Shown here piece after piece: positions 1 through 13,665 of a stretch of DNA of 64,000 nucleotides (position 1 is its first letter; the number at the start of each line of letters is the position of its first letter). The stretch is from Tubiluchus corallicola (Eukaryota > Animalia > Priapulida). Position numbers and translations under genes: made by a program. Under the pieces are notes generated by a model. It made no database searches, had not been told where the DNA came from, and saw only the letters and a program-made list of their open reading frames with translations. The stretch covers positions 1 through 64,000 of the forward strand of contig JAQGDQ010000504.1 in NCBI GenBank assembly GCA_030141605.1. Reading direction: 5' to 3'.

Positions 1-4
1 AATG

Positions 5-235
5 TCATATAGATATAAGAAATCTTCTAAGCTTAATCTTAATCTTCGGATTTTGACTTTTCGACTCCAAGAAATTTCTTTCGTTCTGTTTGTATAAATC
101 TTCATTTTTAATTATGTATATAGAAGATCTTATTATTACATCGTTATTTAAATATCTTCTTATCTTTAAATTTTTTATTAGAAAACTTTTATGAAGTGAG
201 TCAAGCTGCTTTTCTTGAGTGATTGTTAAACGCAT
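5..235 (-). mobile_element. Decayed RTE-like LINE fragment (C-terminal region)
   Basis: LT..QEKQLDSLH...L..L.IR...IKNEDLY resembles the region C-terminal to RT in RTE LINEs. The DNA is similar to 16680-16760 and 27580-27670. Confidence 0.5.
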
Positions 236-1007
236 GGTTTGCTGTTGTACATTATTATGCTAGTAAATTATAGAAGCGAAATAAATAAATAAATAAAAAC
301 AAATAATAATAAATAAATAAGTGTATGACCTGACAAATAAGACATGATTACATACAGACTTTTGGTGTCAAGCAATTTAATCTAACATTCTATCATTATT
401 TATTTTCTTTTTGTATTTTTACAAACATGCATTTCCTGAAAGTGTTTAAAATGAAGCCAGCCTTAGTCATGTGACCTAAGCTTTAGTAGTATACGCCACC
501 TATCAATCATACTTGTTCTTACACGTAGTTACATTTTCTGTTGCCGCTATGCTGATCATACCGTTTGGTGATACTTGCATTGCTTTGTCTATTTTGTTAC
601 AATTTAACAGTCACTAGTAAATGTAAGTCACCATCTACTTTAATAATTAGTTAATAGTTTAAATTGGTTAGAATTGCTTCAAATCTCTAGAATCGTGAAG
701 CAATAATTTTTCTTTTCAGTCTTATTAAATCTAATTTTTTTATTTTGTCTAAATAGTAATAACCTTTAGCACGTTCTTAAGCACTTTTTCTAATCTGTTA
801 CTTTAATAAATTGCAGGTCTATCGCGCAGATCAATACAGATTTTTGCCGTTTCTTTGCCTGGACTGGGCGCATCCACACAGATGAAACAATAATGTAGGA
901 TTAACAGCCTATTTGTAGCAAAATTCCTCCAGTATGAAAATATTGAATACCTGGCAGTACTTTTCCTGAAGCACCTGAAAATTAAGCGCGGACTTATCTG
1001 TAGTTCA

Positions 1008-1543
1008 CATCACCGGTTCTCGTCTTATCACGGAAGTTAAGCAACGTAGAGCCTGGTTAGAACTTGAATTTTGACCGCCTAGGAACACCAGGTGCTGTAG
1101 GCTTGCGTGATGCCCACAGTGTATCTCGACATTAGATGGCGGAGCTGCACATGCAGCCAACGGCCTGAGGGCGGAGGAGGTCAAGTGACCCAACGGCTAT
1201 GTGTAGAGGAGTACACCTTCCAAATCAGGAGTGGAGCCCCGAAGGCGGACCAGTGCAGCTTGCTCACTGACTCCGGCAGCTCCTGCAGCCAACCTGGTGC
1301 CAAACGTATCGCTCCGCTTTCTTTTGGACCAGGGAGGAAGAGAGGGGGTTCCTGTTGTCTGGGCAACTCAGTATCTCCATACACCTTGCCCAGGCGTTCG
1401 CCCTGGAGAGGGCACTTCAGTGGTTCAAGGATCGGACTGTTCAGCCACAGTCGACGCTGCAGCTCCATCAATGTGATCAATAACTGACTCTCTTGGTGCA
1501 CACTCCATTGTCTTCCGAGACAGAAGGATGCCAACAACAACAA
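1008..1543 (+). mobile_element. 5S rRNA-derived SINE (SINE3-type), 5'-truncated
   Basis: 5S-like head (1011-1104), GC-rich body, 3' stem-loop TGTCT-TCCG-AGACA and (CAA)4 tail. Flanked by a perfect 10-bp TSD ctgtagttca (998-1007 and 1544-1553). Confidence 0.8.
1011..1104 (+). pseudogene. 5S rRNA-derived segment (roughly nt 25-120 of 5S), not a functional rRNA gene
   Basis: caccggttctcgtc..atcac.gaagttaagcaacgt.gagcc.ggttag.acttg...gaccgcct.ggaa.acc.ggtgctgtaggctt matches the invertebrate 5S consensus. The 5' end is missing, box C is degenerate and no oligo-T terminator follows. Confidence 0.85.
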
Positions 1544-2523
1544 CTGTAGTTCAAAAACCTAAAATACACGGTGCCTCAACTTTCAGCTCTTCTATTTAAG
1601 ATGTTGTTCAAGTCTGGGCAAGTTACATTCGCCCTGTTTTAGAATCTTACTTAGAACTCATCTATAAATGAAGCACAAATCAGCAGTATCGAGAAAATAA
1701 AAAAATGTTTAATAATTTTTGGCAAATATTTTATTTACGATCATGCTTTACGTCTTGTGATCATGCTTTATGTCTTACGATTATGCCTAACGTTTTACAA
1801 TTATGCTTTATGATCATGCTTTACGTCTTATGATCATGCTTTGCGTAAGCCCGATGTGGTTACACTCGAAAATTGTAGACAAAAATCGACTTGCAATTTT
1901 TCTTCTAACATTATGCAGTACCATAGACACTTGCTTCCTGTTTCATATCTTAGTGTAAACAATCGATATACTCAAAATTCTAATATAAATTAATCATGTG
2001 TAAAATGCTGAACAGAAGGTTACAAACGTTCACCAATGTCTGTTGTAATTAGAAATTTTAAATTGTAATCAGGAACTTCGTTCAAAACTATAGTCAAAGG
2101 TTTATTGTCTTGATTGTTTACTGACTTTGTGACGTCATTTCTCCAAACTTTTATCTTGTAAACAATGTTTCTTACGCGTTTTTTGACTCGTTTTCGATTT
2201 TTTTGCATTCACAGCTTGTATTCTTTGTACTACCAAGGTGTGACTTAAAAAAACCATTATTTATTATATATTTATCTCTTTTATTTATGAAAACATATTT
2301 GTGGTTTACAGTTTCCACGTTCTTAAAACTGACAAGATGTACGACGGAAAAATGTGAGCAAAAAGACAGTCTAAAATAATTAATTAGTTAATATTAATTA
2401 AAAATGTTATTATTAGTTTTATGATAATAAGACTAGTGGCATATTTTAACAGTAAATTACAGACGGTCTGAAGAAAGACTAAACAAGCATCTAGACCATA
2501 ATCATCTCATGGTGGAAACTTTA

Positions 2524-5102
2524 CTACTTGGCATCAGATTCACAAATGAAAAAAAATCCGCTGTTACAATCTATATGGTTCCATTGATAATTCTCATGAG
2601 GCTGCATTAATATGCAAAGCTCTAATCCTTCATGGTCATTAGGTACACCATCAATCCAGTTAGTAAATGTTACGGATTGACCATCAGAAATCCATCTAAA
2701 GTCGTTTTCACTCAGCGTATCTGTTCCCCCATTCCACGTATTTCTCATTTCTATGAAAAAATGAACTTGTCAATAAACCTTTTCACAGTTTCGTTGCGTA
2801 CAGTTTGTGTAGGTCAACTGTTACCACAGCAAAGTGTTTCTTAACTACAAACATCACATGACATGTGGTAAAGCAAAGCTGCCTTCCGCATCAGTTCAGT
2901 ATACCTTCAGTTGTTTTACGGGGACTTTAGTTACTTATACATAAGTCTGTGATTTACTAGCAGGATCTTGATCGGGAACAAGAAAAAATGAGCTAGGTAA
3001 TATTCTAGCTAGCCGTTTAAACAGACAAATGCGCTGTGTAGTACACTTGACCTTTGACCCTTGATCATCATCAATTGCTGGAACTGTGAAATGGCTTATT
3101 TAATAACATGCCGATGTGTAATAGGAATTTTTCATTTCTGAAAATGCAGAAATTTTGCATTAAAACGAAATGAAATGAACGACAGAACCAGAGCCTTCAA
3201 AGATCATGTTTTAAAATTTTAGGTGGATGCACCTAAAGCAAAGTAGGCCAGTTAAAAATCCTTAATAAACTTGACAGATGATTATACAAGTTATGGTTGG
3301 GATAGTTTATGAACCTGTTAAACAAGACAGTAAGGCCCGTGTCACACAGCTCATGGAGCAAGACATAATCCATAACCCGTAAGGCGTCTTCTGTCTACCG
3401 TAAGGAGCATATCGTAATACGCGGTTTTGCAATAATCTGTTCTTTCGGCGGGATGCACTAATCAGATTTGTGAATCTTTCAAAATATCGAAAATCAGTCA
3501 ATCGGTGGATGTGGTTTCAATGTGGTTCGCAATACAGTGAACAATGTGGGTTAAACCCATTTATGCTAATTACAGATGAAGTAAAGGAGAATTGAAATGA
3601 TTAAAAGTGATAACGAAAGATTTTCAACTACACTTGAATGTCTGCCAAATCATTTCATTGAAATAACTAATTTCAGCTGCATACAATCGTATTAAATGCT
3701 CAATCAATACAATTGACTGGTATTCTACTTCTTGCATGTATTTCTTATGTGCATTGTGATAAAACTTCAGTCGTAAATAAACGATGTGGGATGAAAGCAT
3801 GTTTTAATGTTTATGAAATGTTATGGTATAATTGAATTGTACATTATAAAAACCACAAATACTTCAGTTATCCTCTTAGCGATGACCGTATGGCCACATG
3901 GCAAATGAATTTATTGGCAAAATTCATTTCGTAATAAGACCCTTATGAACCACTAAAATGGCTTATGAGGAGCCTACCACGCTTTATGGCTGACGGCTTA
4001 CTGTAGGCAAACTGCAGTTGGTGGAGGATGGTAAATGGATTATTTGTGTGATAGGGAGCATTGGTTAGCATACATGGTTTTTCTTTACGGTCTATGCCTT
4101 ATGGATTATGTCCATCCCTGTCTGACACGGGCCTTCATTATACTTGCCATGCACTTTCATGTAGTTTACTATAAACTGATTTTCCAGTTCAGTTTCTATT
4201 GTCAGCAGTTCACTCCTTGCCATTTTGCAGCTTATCACAGCATGATACCAGGATGAACGAGCATCAAGGTAAAACATGTAGCAATGTCCGTCGTAGTATT
4301 CCCCGCCATTTCTGCAACAAGCAGAGCACGACACTGTCTGGTTCTACAGAAAAAATAAAATTAGTAAATCATAGATATGGTGTTAAACTGGTTAGCAAAA
4401 GGGCAGCAAAGACCAACCATAGTCAACCACCCTTTCAATATTGTTGCAGTTTGTAAATAATTAGGCCGTTTTATCAAGAAAATTTTTTTCGTAATTTAGT
4501 GTTAAAAAACTTACATAGGCACTCCTACTAAGTTGCTGAATTAAATAATGAATTGATTAACGTGCTAAGAATGAATTATTACATTCATACAAACCATCAA
4601 TGAAATCACGTGTTAGCTTGAGAGCTGCTGTGATTTCATCATTAAAAATATTACTCGTTAATTGGCATATAATGTAGTGATACTACACTTAACAGAGAAA
4701 AACGCAATGCCCTTTACAGTCTCAAAGATTATGATGTTTATTCAGTAGATTTCACCCTGGCGGGCCTCATCAGCTGAATAGAAATGTATCACGCTCAGGC
4801 TGCTGGCATTTTCTATTCATTTGATGATGCCCGCAAGGGCAAAAAGTTACTTAATAAATATTATAATCTTTGAGACTAGAAAGAGCATTACGTTTTTCTC
4901 TGCTAATGATGACAAATCTCAGTGGAGCTCTCTCGTATTTCTAGTCCTATTATTAAACTTCAAAACGAGTAACATTTGTAACTAAGATCGTTACCTTGTT
5001 GGTACTGACAAAAAGGTTATCTGATGCACTTCCGCTACCCACACTTGACCCAGACAGAGTAACTAGCAGCAATAGTGAGACAGCAAGTGATACGACATCC
5101 AT
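2524..5102 (-). CDS. C-type lectin gene A (secreted, single CTLD, 176 aa); coding exons 5102-4995, 4343-4148, 2750-2524
   Basis: Exon 1 encodes a signal-peptide-like MDVVSLAVSLLLLVTLSGSSVG...NK|gtaac. Exon 2 (tag|NQTVSCSACC...GHCYMF...SW..A...C...L..IE...EN.FI) ends CATG|gcaagt. Exon 3 (ag|...WNGGTD...FRW.SDG....TNW...VPND...C...WNH..C...FIC). Intron phases 0 and 1 join into one open frame of 531 nt. Confidence 0.88.
3334..4133. mobile_element. PIF/Harbinger-like non-autonomous element in intron 2 of gene A
   Basis: TIRs ggcccgtgtcacacag / ctgtctgacacgggcc plus sub-terminal inverted gacataatccataa. TAA on the left; the right TSD is degenerate. Confidence 0.55.
4689..4906. mobile_element. Fold-back MITE in intron 1 of gene A
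   Basis: About 100-bp imperfect inverted arms: ttaacagagaaaaacgcaatg..agtctcaaagattat.. pairs with ..ataatctttgagact..cattacgtttttctctgctaa. Confidence 0.7.
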
Positions 5103-7013
5103 TGTGCATCGGTATTTACAACAGCTGCTATTGTCACATTGAATAATTACTGTTAATTTCTGATTCTACATAAACACAGAAATACATGTATAATAAGTTG
5201 ATAATTTAATAAAAGTACCTAAAGTGCATTGGCTCAACAGAAAAATATTTATGACGATGACTAAAGGAGAGCAAGAAGATGACTAAAGTGGTGTGTTTAA
5301 AATTAATCATCTAGGTTAGTTCTTCTGATAAGGTATAACTACATATTCAGGTTAGAGAGTTTTACACACGAATTCTCTTTGAGCTAAGGCAGTAAGTGTG
5401 AAGGACTTTGTAAGAACTGTTGTGAGTTTTGTTCAATGTCGGAGAGAGCTCACAGCAACTCCGGGAGAGTTTCCAACTTGTTGCCGACAGAACTGCAAAG
5501 CAGTTCATACTTACATGTTTATTCTCAGAGAGAAAACTCGCTAGTTTGAATGTGGCTTTAGGTATTTTAAGGAAGTTCACACAAAGTTTAAGCAGTTAGA
5601 AAATTAACCACCAGAGCTAATTTTACCTGTTGCTGCAGCTTCCACTTCCACTTGTAGCTTGCAATAAATTAAAAGAGGCTTTACAACTGAAATAAATCTT
5701 GATGTGTGTTCTCTTCAACAGGACAGCATTGTTTCGTATTAGTATAATTGTGACGCTGCAGTTCAGTGGTGAAAAAAATCACAATAGGTAAGTATTCCAA
5801 GCAGGTTCATATAAAATTTAAACTGATTTTGCTGTGTGCGTAACTCTTGTGCCATGGAACAAAAAACCGGCTAACCCCAATCACAGGCGTTGTAATTACA
5901 GCTAGCCGAATTTCTAAATGCTATAATTTCTCTTTTAAAACTCATCTTTTCCCTCAGACTCGTTACTTTATTCATTTTTCGTTTATTTTAACAAGCATCC
6001 GCGTATCTTTACTTTAACAACTTTTTCTGCACACTTTACTCTTTACACACAAATTTTGGACCGATCACGTGACTTCCATGGTTTTCCGTAAGCACTAGCT
6101 GCTTAAGCTAATTCAAACTTCTTCAGCAGCTTAACTAATTCTCCCGCAAAAATATTAAAAAAATAGTTTTTTGCAAAAACTTCTGGTGAAGATTGACAGT
6201 GAGCTACCTTCCTTCAAGACGAGTGACGTCATTGAAAAAAGAATGGGCATTGAAAAGTAGGAGCACCGAAGCAGAGAACTTTACTAGATACATGCTTACT
6301 GCAGTTTTATAACTAAATCCTTCTAACTTTTTCGCGAACTTTGAAATAAGCCTAACTTCATTGACTTGGGGTTAGAGTAAATTAAAATAAAAATGTCAGC
6401 CAGCATAAACTTAAGCAAAGACAATTGTTTTATTCAGACAAAGCTTTAGCAACATTTCGACACAGTTAAGGCCATGTTCAGGCAACAGGCAACCTAAATA
6501 AAAATACAGTGCGAAAATACAATATTCAATATTGTATCAATTAAATAGGACAAATGCTAAATTGTAAATTTACATGTGGGATCGTGTGATGCAAAACCAA
6601 ATGGGAGAAAAAATGAAGTTATGCTACTACAACGCTGTTCATTCATTAACAAATGCATGTAGGTGGTAACAAGAGGAATTTTTGAACAAGCCTTTGCATT
6701 TTTATTTTCAAAATTCGTTTTTCCCATCACCAAACAGTTTAGCAAAGTGATAAAACAATCTATGGGTATGCAGGAGTAGATGAAATTCTTAAAAAAGAAA
6801 AGTCAAACACAGTGAAAGATAGATTTTATATTATGCAATGCAAAAAATTCCTACAGGCAACAGACAATTTTTCAGAAGTAAATCTCCATTGATAGTTGCT
6901 AGAGGAGACACAAGATTTCATCGTAACGTGCACCTAAAAAAACAACTCTCGTTTTTTGTGAAGTCATGGCATTAGGTGATGGTAAAGTCCAATTTAAAGT
7001 ACAAAACTCCAAA

Positions 7014-9712
7014 TCAGTTCGTAATGGCTTTACAAATAAAATTTTTATTATGTCTACAGCCCTTATCATTCCATTTGTAATTCCTCCCTCTCACTTGCAA
7101 ACAGTCTTCTTCTCCTCCATGGTTATCAGGCATTGTCTCTGACCAATTGGTGTATATGATTGGATCACCATTAGAAATCCATATCCAGTGACCTTCTCTG
7201 TGTTGATCCGTCCCACCAAGCCAGGTATCTCCCATTCCTATGAAAGGTCAAGTTCACTTCATTACTAAACAGAATGAGCGATTATTTGCAGTTTCATTCC
7301 TAAAAGAAGTTGCGTTTCTTCTAACCCATGTGGGCACCGAGCACAACACTTCTTTATTCTCTACTCTCTTTCACTGCTATATAATGAATTTAATACCTAA
7401 AAACAATCATGAACACAAACTTTCCCTGTATATTATTATACGCTTCACATGCATATACTCCTGAAGTTGGTAGTAGGTCCTGACACAAGCAATAAAAAAG
7501 TTGTTAGTGCCAAAATGCAGCCTTTCACATTGGCCAATGGAGGTGAATTTTATATTAGGTCAAAGGGAATTAAAATAAATAACATTTGACTAAAATAGTT
7601 TAAATTGCATCATAGTGAATCTTACGTGACACTGTGGAGAAGTTTGACCCTTTTATTAATCAAGCCTGTGTGTGTTGGCAGAGATATTAAACTTCAGAAA
7701 TTTTTAAATGGGAAATTGATCAGTCTTTCAGTAGGATTGGAAAATAAACACATCGAAATCACATTAAAGATGGTATTTTATTGATGCTAAAAAACTATCA
7801 AAAATGATCACCCAGAAATTGATGAAAGGATCTGATTTCTATTTTTGAAAGAGTGTATAACTTTGCCAGGTCAGTTTTGATTTCATTTGTAAAATTTAAA
7901 GCGTTTTTGCAAAGATACTACATATCTTACAAAACCTATGCAGTAACTGCTTCACGCTGCCATGATATTTGCAAAGATACTACACATCGTAAAAAAGACT
8001 GAACAGTAACTGATTCACTTTGCCAGGCTATCTGCAAAAATACTACACTTTGGAAAAATACTAGACAGAAAATAGATCTAAATTTCACACAGCAATAGAA
8101 ACCTATAAGAGAAAAACTAGAAAATAATAAAAGTCCTTTTATCAATTAGAACAACACAGAAAGTTTATTTTAGTTAAACAATTAAAGTCCAATTCTTATT
8201 TCTTAAAAATCCAACTTTTCCTGGTTTTTTTTCTGGTCCCATAATTTTAATCATGATAATAAGATTATCATAAAAGGTAAACGTTTGATAGCAGAAACAG
8301 AATATCTACTATTAGTTGAAAAAACTTTAAGCCTAATTCTTGGTGCGTCCTTTTCAATGAGTAAACAAAAAAGAAATAGGCTTTTAGATCAACTTGACAA
8401 ATTAAGTTTTGCTGGCTTACTTCACTAATATGCCTACCACTAGAGCTGGATTATGACCTTTTGGGCCCCGGACTAATAGAATTATGAGGCCTCCCTAAAA
8501 CGCACCACGAACTAACTCAATAGCACCCGTCTTGAAGATTCTTACTCGGGACATGATTTAGCAACATTTACATAGCTTGAAGAAAACTTATTGCAAATTC
8601 TTTGAGTAAGAATAGACTAGAATAGTTATTTTTTGTTTTTCGATAAACATATTCCTTAAGAAAAAAAACTGTTTTACTATTTATTGCAAACCAAATTAGC
8701 GCATATTTCAACACAACCATAGCGAAAAACAAATTTTTTATTCGATGTTATCAAAAATTGAGGGTTACGCTGCAGCCTTTTTTAGCTTATAGGATAATCT
8801 GGCCTTGCCAAACACATAACACAGTAAAATTTGTAAATGATTTAAATAATTGGCATCGAATGTGTTTAGCCATAAGATAAGCTATGACTGACCAATCACG
8901 TAACACAGTAAAATTTGTAAATGATTTAAATAACTTGCTTCTGGCTTTAATTTGCGTAACCAAAAAGTTATGTTCTGCAGGGGTCATTACAGCTGGTAAG
9001 TCTCCACCAAGCTGCTTGCAAAACATCACAGCTTTCCACCAGTGCAGTTTTGGCCTTGCGAAAAACTGGTAGCAATGTCCATTGTAGAACATTCCACCGC
9101 TTGGACAACAAGTTGCATTTGTCCTGGACTAGAAGAAAAAGAATTATCATTATAAGAAAAGAAGACATCTAGACAGAAGAGAGCTTACTGTTTCAGAAAT
9201 GTTTTAACAAATATTTGACTTTGTGTCACACGATAAATGAGTTTACAATTTAGTATCTGCCTTGTTTGCTTCTCACAACGTTGATTTTTGTATTTTACTC
9301 GGTGTATTTTCATTTAGGTGGATTGTTGGGTGAACTAAACCATAACCACGTTGAAACGTTGCAGATCTTTATGTGTGAATAAAAGCCAAATCCTTGCTTA
9401 AGTGGGTCCTGGCTAACATTTTTATATTATGCGTTAGTTCTCCTTATGACCATTCATAACTTACATTTTACAAAAGAGAGCGTAAATAAACACATTTAAA
9501 AGTAAGAATTTTTGTATGGTGACCTCAAGCAAACTGTGAAATAATAATTTTTTGTTAATTTACGAGCAGTACTAAGTGTTAAAATGAACAATTCTTTGCA
9601 TTAACATACATGTAGTTACCTGGTTAGCTTCTCTTTCACTGCCTGTACTTGAACAATGCAGAGTAACCAAGACACACAGTAGTAGTAAGTCTATCAAGCA
9701 ACCCACATTCAT
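7014..9712 (-). CDS. C-type lectin gene B1 (168 aa); coding exons 9712-9620, 9128-8939, 7237-7014
   Basis: Signal exon MNVGCLIDLLLLCVLVTLHCSSTGSEREANQ|gtaac; exon 2 ..CCPSGGMFYNGHCY..W.KA..FCKQLGGDL; exon 3 WLGGTD..EG.W.W..MPDN..C..WND..C..FIC. 93+190+224 nt gives an open frame when intron 2 uses a GC donor. Confidence 0.88.
8441..8807. mobile_element. Old hAT-like MITE in intron 2 of B1 (homologous copies in B2 and B4, partial in B3)
   Basis: Degenerate TIRs tagagctggatta / taatctggccttg; 8-bp flanks cctaccac / ccaaacac match at 6 of 8. Confidence 0.4.
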
Positions 9713-9877
9713 TGCGCGTATTGTATTTATTGTCAAGACGAAGATGAACTACAAAAAAACAACTTTTGCAAAAGTAATTAGTGGGCAAAAAATAAATAAA
9801 GATAAAAATAAATTTCAGAATAAAAAGGAAAGGGAAGAAAGGCATAGAGAACTCGAACTCTATCGAATCATAATAAT

Positions 9878-9939
<62 letters not shown>

Positions 9940-11199
9940 CGACAAAAACTAGCCACACCCTCAAAAATTATTTTGTGCATAAACAACCCACACAACACCA
10001 CACCAACCGTACCCCTCATCCACAGAATTCACACCTTATCTCGCAACACCTTACTATCTAGATTGCATCGCCTACAACTACCCAGACCTCACTACACTAC
10101 AACACTCACAGCACCCCACACACAACATGCCACATCCAACACAGCACATCACATGGTGATCATGTCTATCATGATGATGATGATGATGATGATCACGATC
10201 ACAATAACGACACGTACCATACCAACACCAACAGTAGAGCATCATAGCAAAACCATGCAAAACAGTTTGTACAAAGTCATAAATTGCTATAACAAATATT
10301 CTTAGACCCATCTACTAAAGATGAATAATGCACGGTAATTCCACTTGCATCATTTTCTCTATTACCTGTGTACAAGTCGACCATAAAATATTAAGATCTT
10401 CCAGAGTAAATAAAGTCTACAATGGTCTAATAATAAAAACAACAGCAACAACAACGACTACAACAACAATAATAATAACATCTTTTCTATTACCATCATT
10501 ATCAACATTATTGAAAATAACGTGTGCATTAAACTTACTGTTTAAAGTAGCACTCGGTAAACACATAGTCTATGCCACACAGACGAAAATTCTAAATTAC
10601 TTGTTTCACAGGTTCAAAGTTGAGAACGTGATTGTTGGATTTTCTATTGTGAAAATTTTAGAACATTCTCTTTTTGTTCTCAGAAGTGTTTGTTTGTCTG
10701 GTCTAGTTTAAATGCACATAGGCATAAGTGCCTGGGAGGGAGTCCAGGGCCTAGGACAAATGAATGATATTTTCGTGTATAGGTGTCTATTTATATGTAT
10801 ATATACATATTTACAGGACAAAAGGTGGTCATTTTCAAGGCAAATAATTCTAGTTTAGTTTTTCATAATTTAAGATTTTAGTGTTCAATTTTTTTGTATG
10901 TGAAGCATCAGCTATTTTTGCTGGCTGCTATTAAAGTATTTCTGGTATGACAAATAACCTTTAATTTTTAATTCATTTTATTTTAAATTTAAACTGTAGT
11001 ACCTAACTAGATTAGAATTCGTAATAACTATTGAATTTAGTTCCCAAAACCACATAAATCTGCTTGTTGTTGACGAATTCACTGGATTTGATCTGATCAA
11101 AGGTGTTGGATTTGTTCTCCAGACGATGGCATCGTCTTCCTCCTCGTCTTTACAGAGTGCATCCCAAACGTCATTTCTATACCGTATTAGCCTAATTCG

Positions 11200-12285
11200 T
11201 CTGGTCGAATTTCTCTTGTGAGCGGCGCGGCGGATGACTTAAACTACGTGGAAGAACGTGCATTTTTTGCGTTTGGGTTTTGGTGCTCTGTTCCAGTTTC
11301 GATACCCTGCTGCTCTAGGTTTTGAAAGCAATTTAATAACGATATTTTTTAACTATTTTATTAATTTTGTAACGGTTTATTAAATTTTATTTATCCTGTT
11401 TGAGAAATAGCAATGTTCTGATATTTGATAATCTGATAAATTACTTCGCTATTTTTCTGTGAAGACAGTTATTTTGCAGTTAGCACTTTGTAAATACAAT
11501 AATAATTAAATACTGTGATCATTTATTGGGAAATCCTGCAACCTAGATGAAGCAGAAACTGTAACATGTTCACTTGTCTGAGATACAATACAAGCTATCG
11601 AAACAACTCACAATTTTCATGAAAAAAAGGCAATTTCTCTTTAGTGTAATTAATCTAGCACTTGGTTGCCATAAAAATCTCGTTAGAGGAAGCTTTTATA
11701 TAAAGATAATCATAATATAAGCAATTTTATAGGTCTATATTATTACGACTATTAATTTCGTAATGATATTGTGTTATGCACACATTTTTCGTATATTATG
11801 TATATGTATGTAACTAACATTATAATTAATAATTTATTGAATATTTTCAATGCATTTTACATGATGATTAATGCATAATGATTAAACATTGCTTCTTTAA
11901 AACTGTATTGTTATTTATTGACTAACTTTTGTACACAATTGTGTTATTGTACATAAGTATTAATAAATGGTAATAATAATAATAGTAGAAATATTACTGA
12001 TGATGATAATGATGATGATGATAATAATAATAATATTAAAGAACTTTGTAAACTGTGTAATCCTTTTCTTTGTATGACAGTTCAAAAATCTTTGCCAAAT
12101 ATCTAGGTAAGCATTCACAAAGATATAAAATTTTGTACAAGTTTCGTATGCAATCATCAGTATAGAATTTTGGCAGAGTTTAGGGCACCTTCTCATATAT
12201 TTTAAGTAATAAGCCTTCTCACAGTTTCATTGCATGCATGCGCAGTTGCTGTACGTCAAAGGTTAAGTGTACCACAGCAACGCTT
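11200..12285. repeat. Block duplicated in inverted orientation at 61920-63340
   Basis: Reverse-complement match; the ORF MRRCPKLCQNSILMIAY appears in both copies. Confidence 0.85.
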
Positions 12286-12389
12286 CTTAACTACAACTGT
12301 CACATGGCATGTTGGTAAAGCAAATGTCTGTTTGCATCCATGTACCTGGATCCACTGGAGTCCAAAAATATATTTTTTTGTACCATTAC

Positions 12390-12770
12390 TGTTGTGTTTT
12401 GTTTCTCTTGGAAGGCTCGTAGAGAAAACCAAAAAACACTTCGTCAAATTAAACTAGTTTATTAAGCGAGAATTCTACAACACAAAAGTATGAAGGAACG
12501 CGAAATGTTTACAGTAAACGTAAAAATCCAGAAAACGTTTGAGTGTATCTGAAAATACAGGTATACAAGAGAATGTGTAAGTGTGCGTCCGTGTGAATCT
12601 GCGTGTGTGTGTGTCTCAGCGGCCTGCTTTGCCTTAGACAGCGTGGCAGGGAACATTCCAGAAGTTTGTTTCTAAAACATTCTACAAGGTAAGACGATTG
12701 TTCTATTATGCTATGGAACATTCTACAATGTTCTATTTAATTCTAATAGATGCCAGCGATCTCCACAACA
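12390..12770 (-). mobile_element. Solo LTR of the Gypsy element at 24-27 kb
   Basis: TGTTGTG...CACAACA termini, 5-bp TSD attac (12385-12389 and 12771-12775), highly similar to 26678-27049. Confidence 0.85.
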
Positions 12771-12860
12771 ATTACCTGTCTCTATTATGACGACACATAA
12801 AGGTCTACAAAATTTGTGCGTCGTGTTACTAGCTCATGTAATTGGTGAAATAATGAATAA

Positions 12861-13665
12861 CTAGCAAAGGCCCCGCAAAAGATTTTGCGTATAAATACAC
12901 GTGTAATCAATAATACGCGAACATCCTACACAGTCCTCATTTATAACACAAAGCCCGTAACATCGTGCCTACTTACCTAACGCAAAGCCAGTAGCAGCTT
13001 TTTACTGAATTAAACTTATAGACAGAGTACAATGGATGACGTCAGCATAATGGAATGCGGTCTGCAGTTTTCTAAGGCGAAAATTGTCGAAATTTGCGGA
13101 AAATAGAACACGAATTAACTCGTCGGTACTCCTCTCGGTGGACCTGCCCTAACATGTCGCCCACATCATCGTGTTGCCCTGTCCTTCCTCTTTGTAAAGA
13201 GCCCCATATCTCCTTCCTAGAGTCCCACCGGGCGACGCTAGAACGTTTTTCCCGCATGCTGTTTGGTCAAAATTTCGAAAAAATCGCGAGTTGGGTCCGG
13301 GAAAACGCCCGTTGCGGGGCGCTCTGGCCCTCTCGGGAATTCTAAATATTCCTACTACACCCACCGTTGAACGGGCTATCTATCCATACCCAGTATCCCC
13401 CTCGGCCCGTTCCCGTTCTCTACATCTCAGCCGTATAACTTTTGCAATTTTTTGCAAAAAACGGGCGAAAAATGGCCATTTTGGGAGGTTTTTCGCCCCC
13501 CGTTCCTCCCGGTGGGCCCGATTCGAAAAATAAACCATCAATGGCACGACACTAGATCGAGACCTTTCGTTTGATATATAGATCGCCGCAAATGGTGCCC
13601 TCGTCCGGGCTGTAGCCTCGAATCTTATATATATATATATATAAGATACCAAGAATATTAATATA
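12861..13665 (-). mobile_element. Non-autonomous Helitron copy H1
   Basis: Minus-strand 3' end has hairpin CGCAAAA-TC-TTTTGCG shortly before CTAG|T; 5' end is TA-rich; no TSD. Confidence 0.8.

Larger units (their letters stand above)
1590..5770. repeat. Left outer arm of the inverted duplication (pairs with 57160-61748)
   Basis: Near-continuous reverse-complement match covering gene A, its introns, MITEs and flanks. Confidence 0.9.

Noticed and set aside
1011-1104. Functional 5S rRNA gene
   Set aside because: Lacks the 5' end and terminator, has a degenerate box C and sits inside a TSD-flanked element.
7014-7235. Exon-3 ORFs as stand-alone 72-74 aa proteins starting at their own ATG
   Set aside because: The ATG lies 2 nt after a splice acceptor and is absent in A'; each ORF is only half a CTLD.
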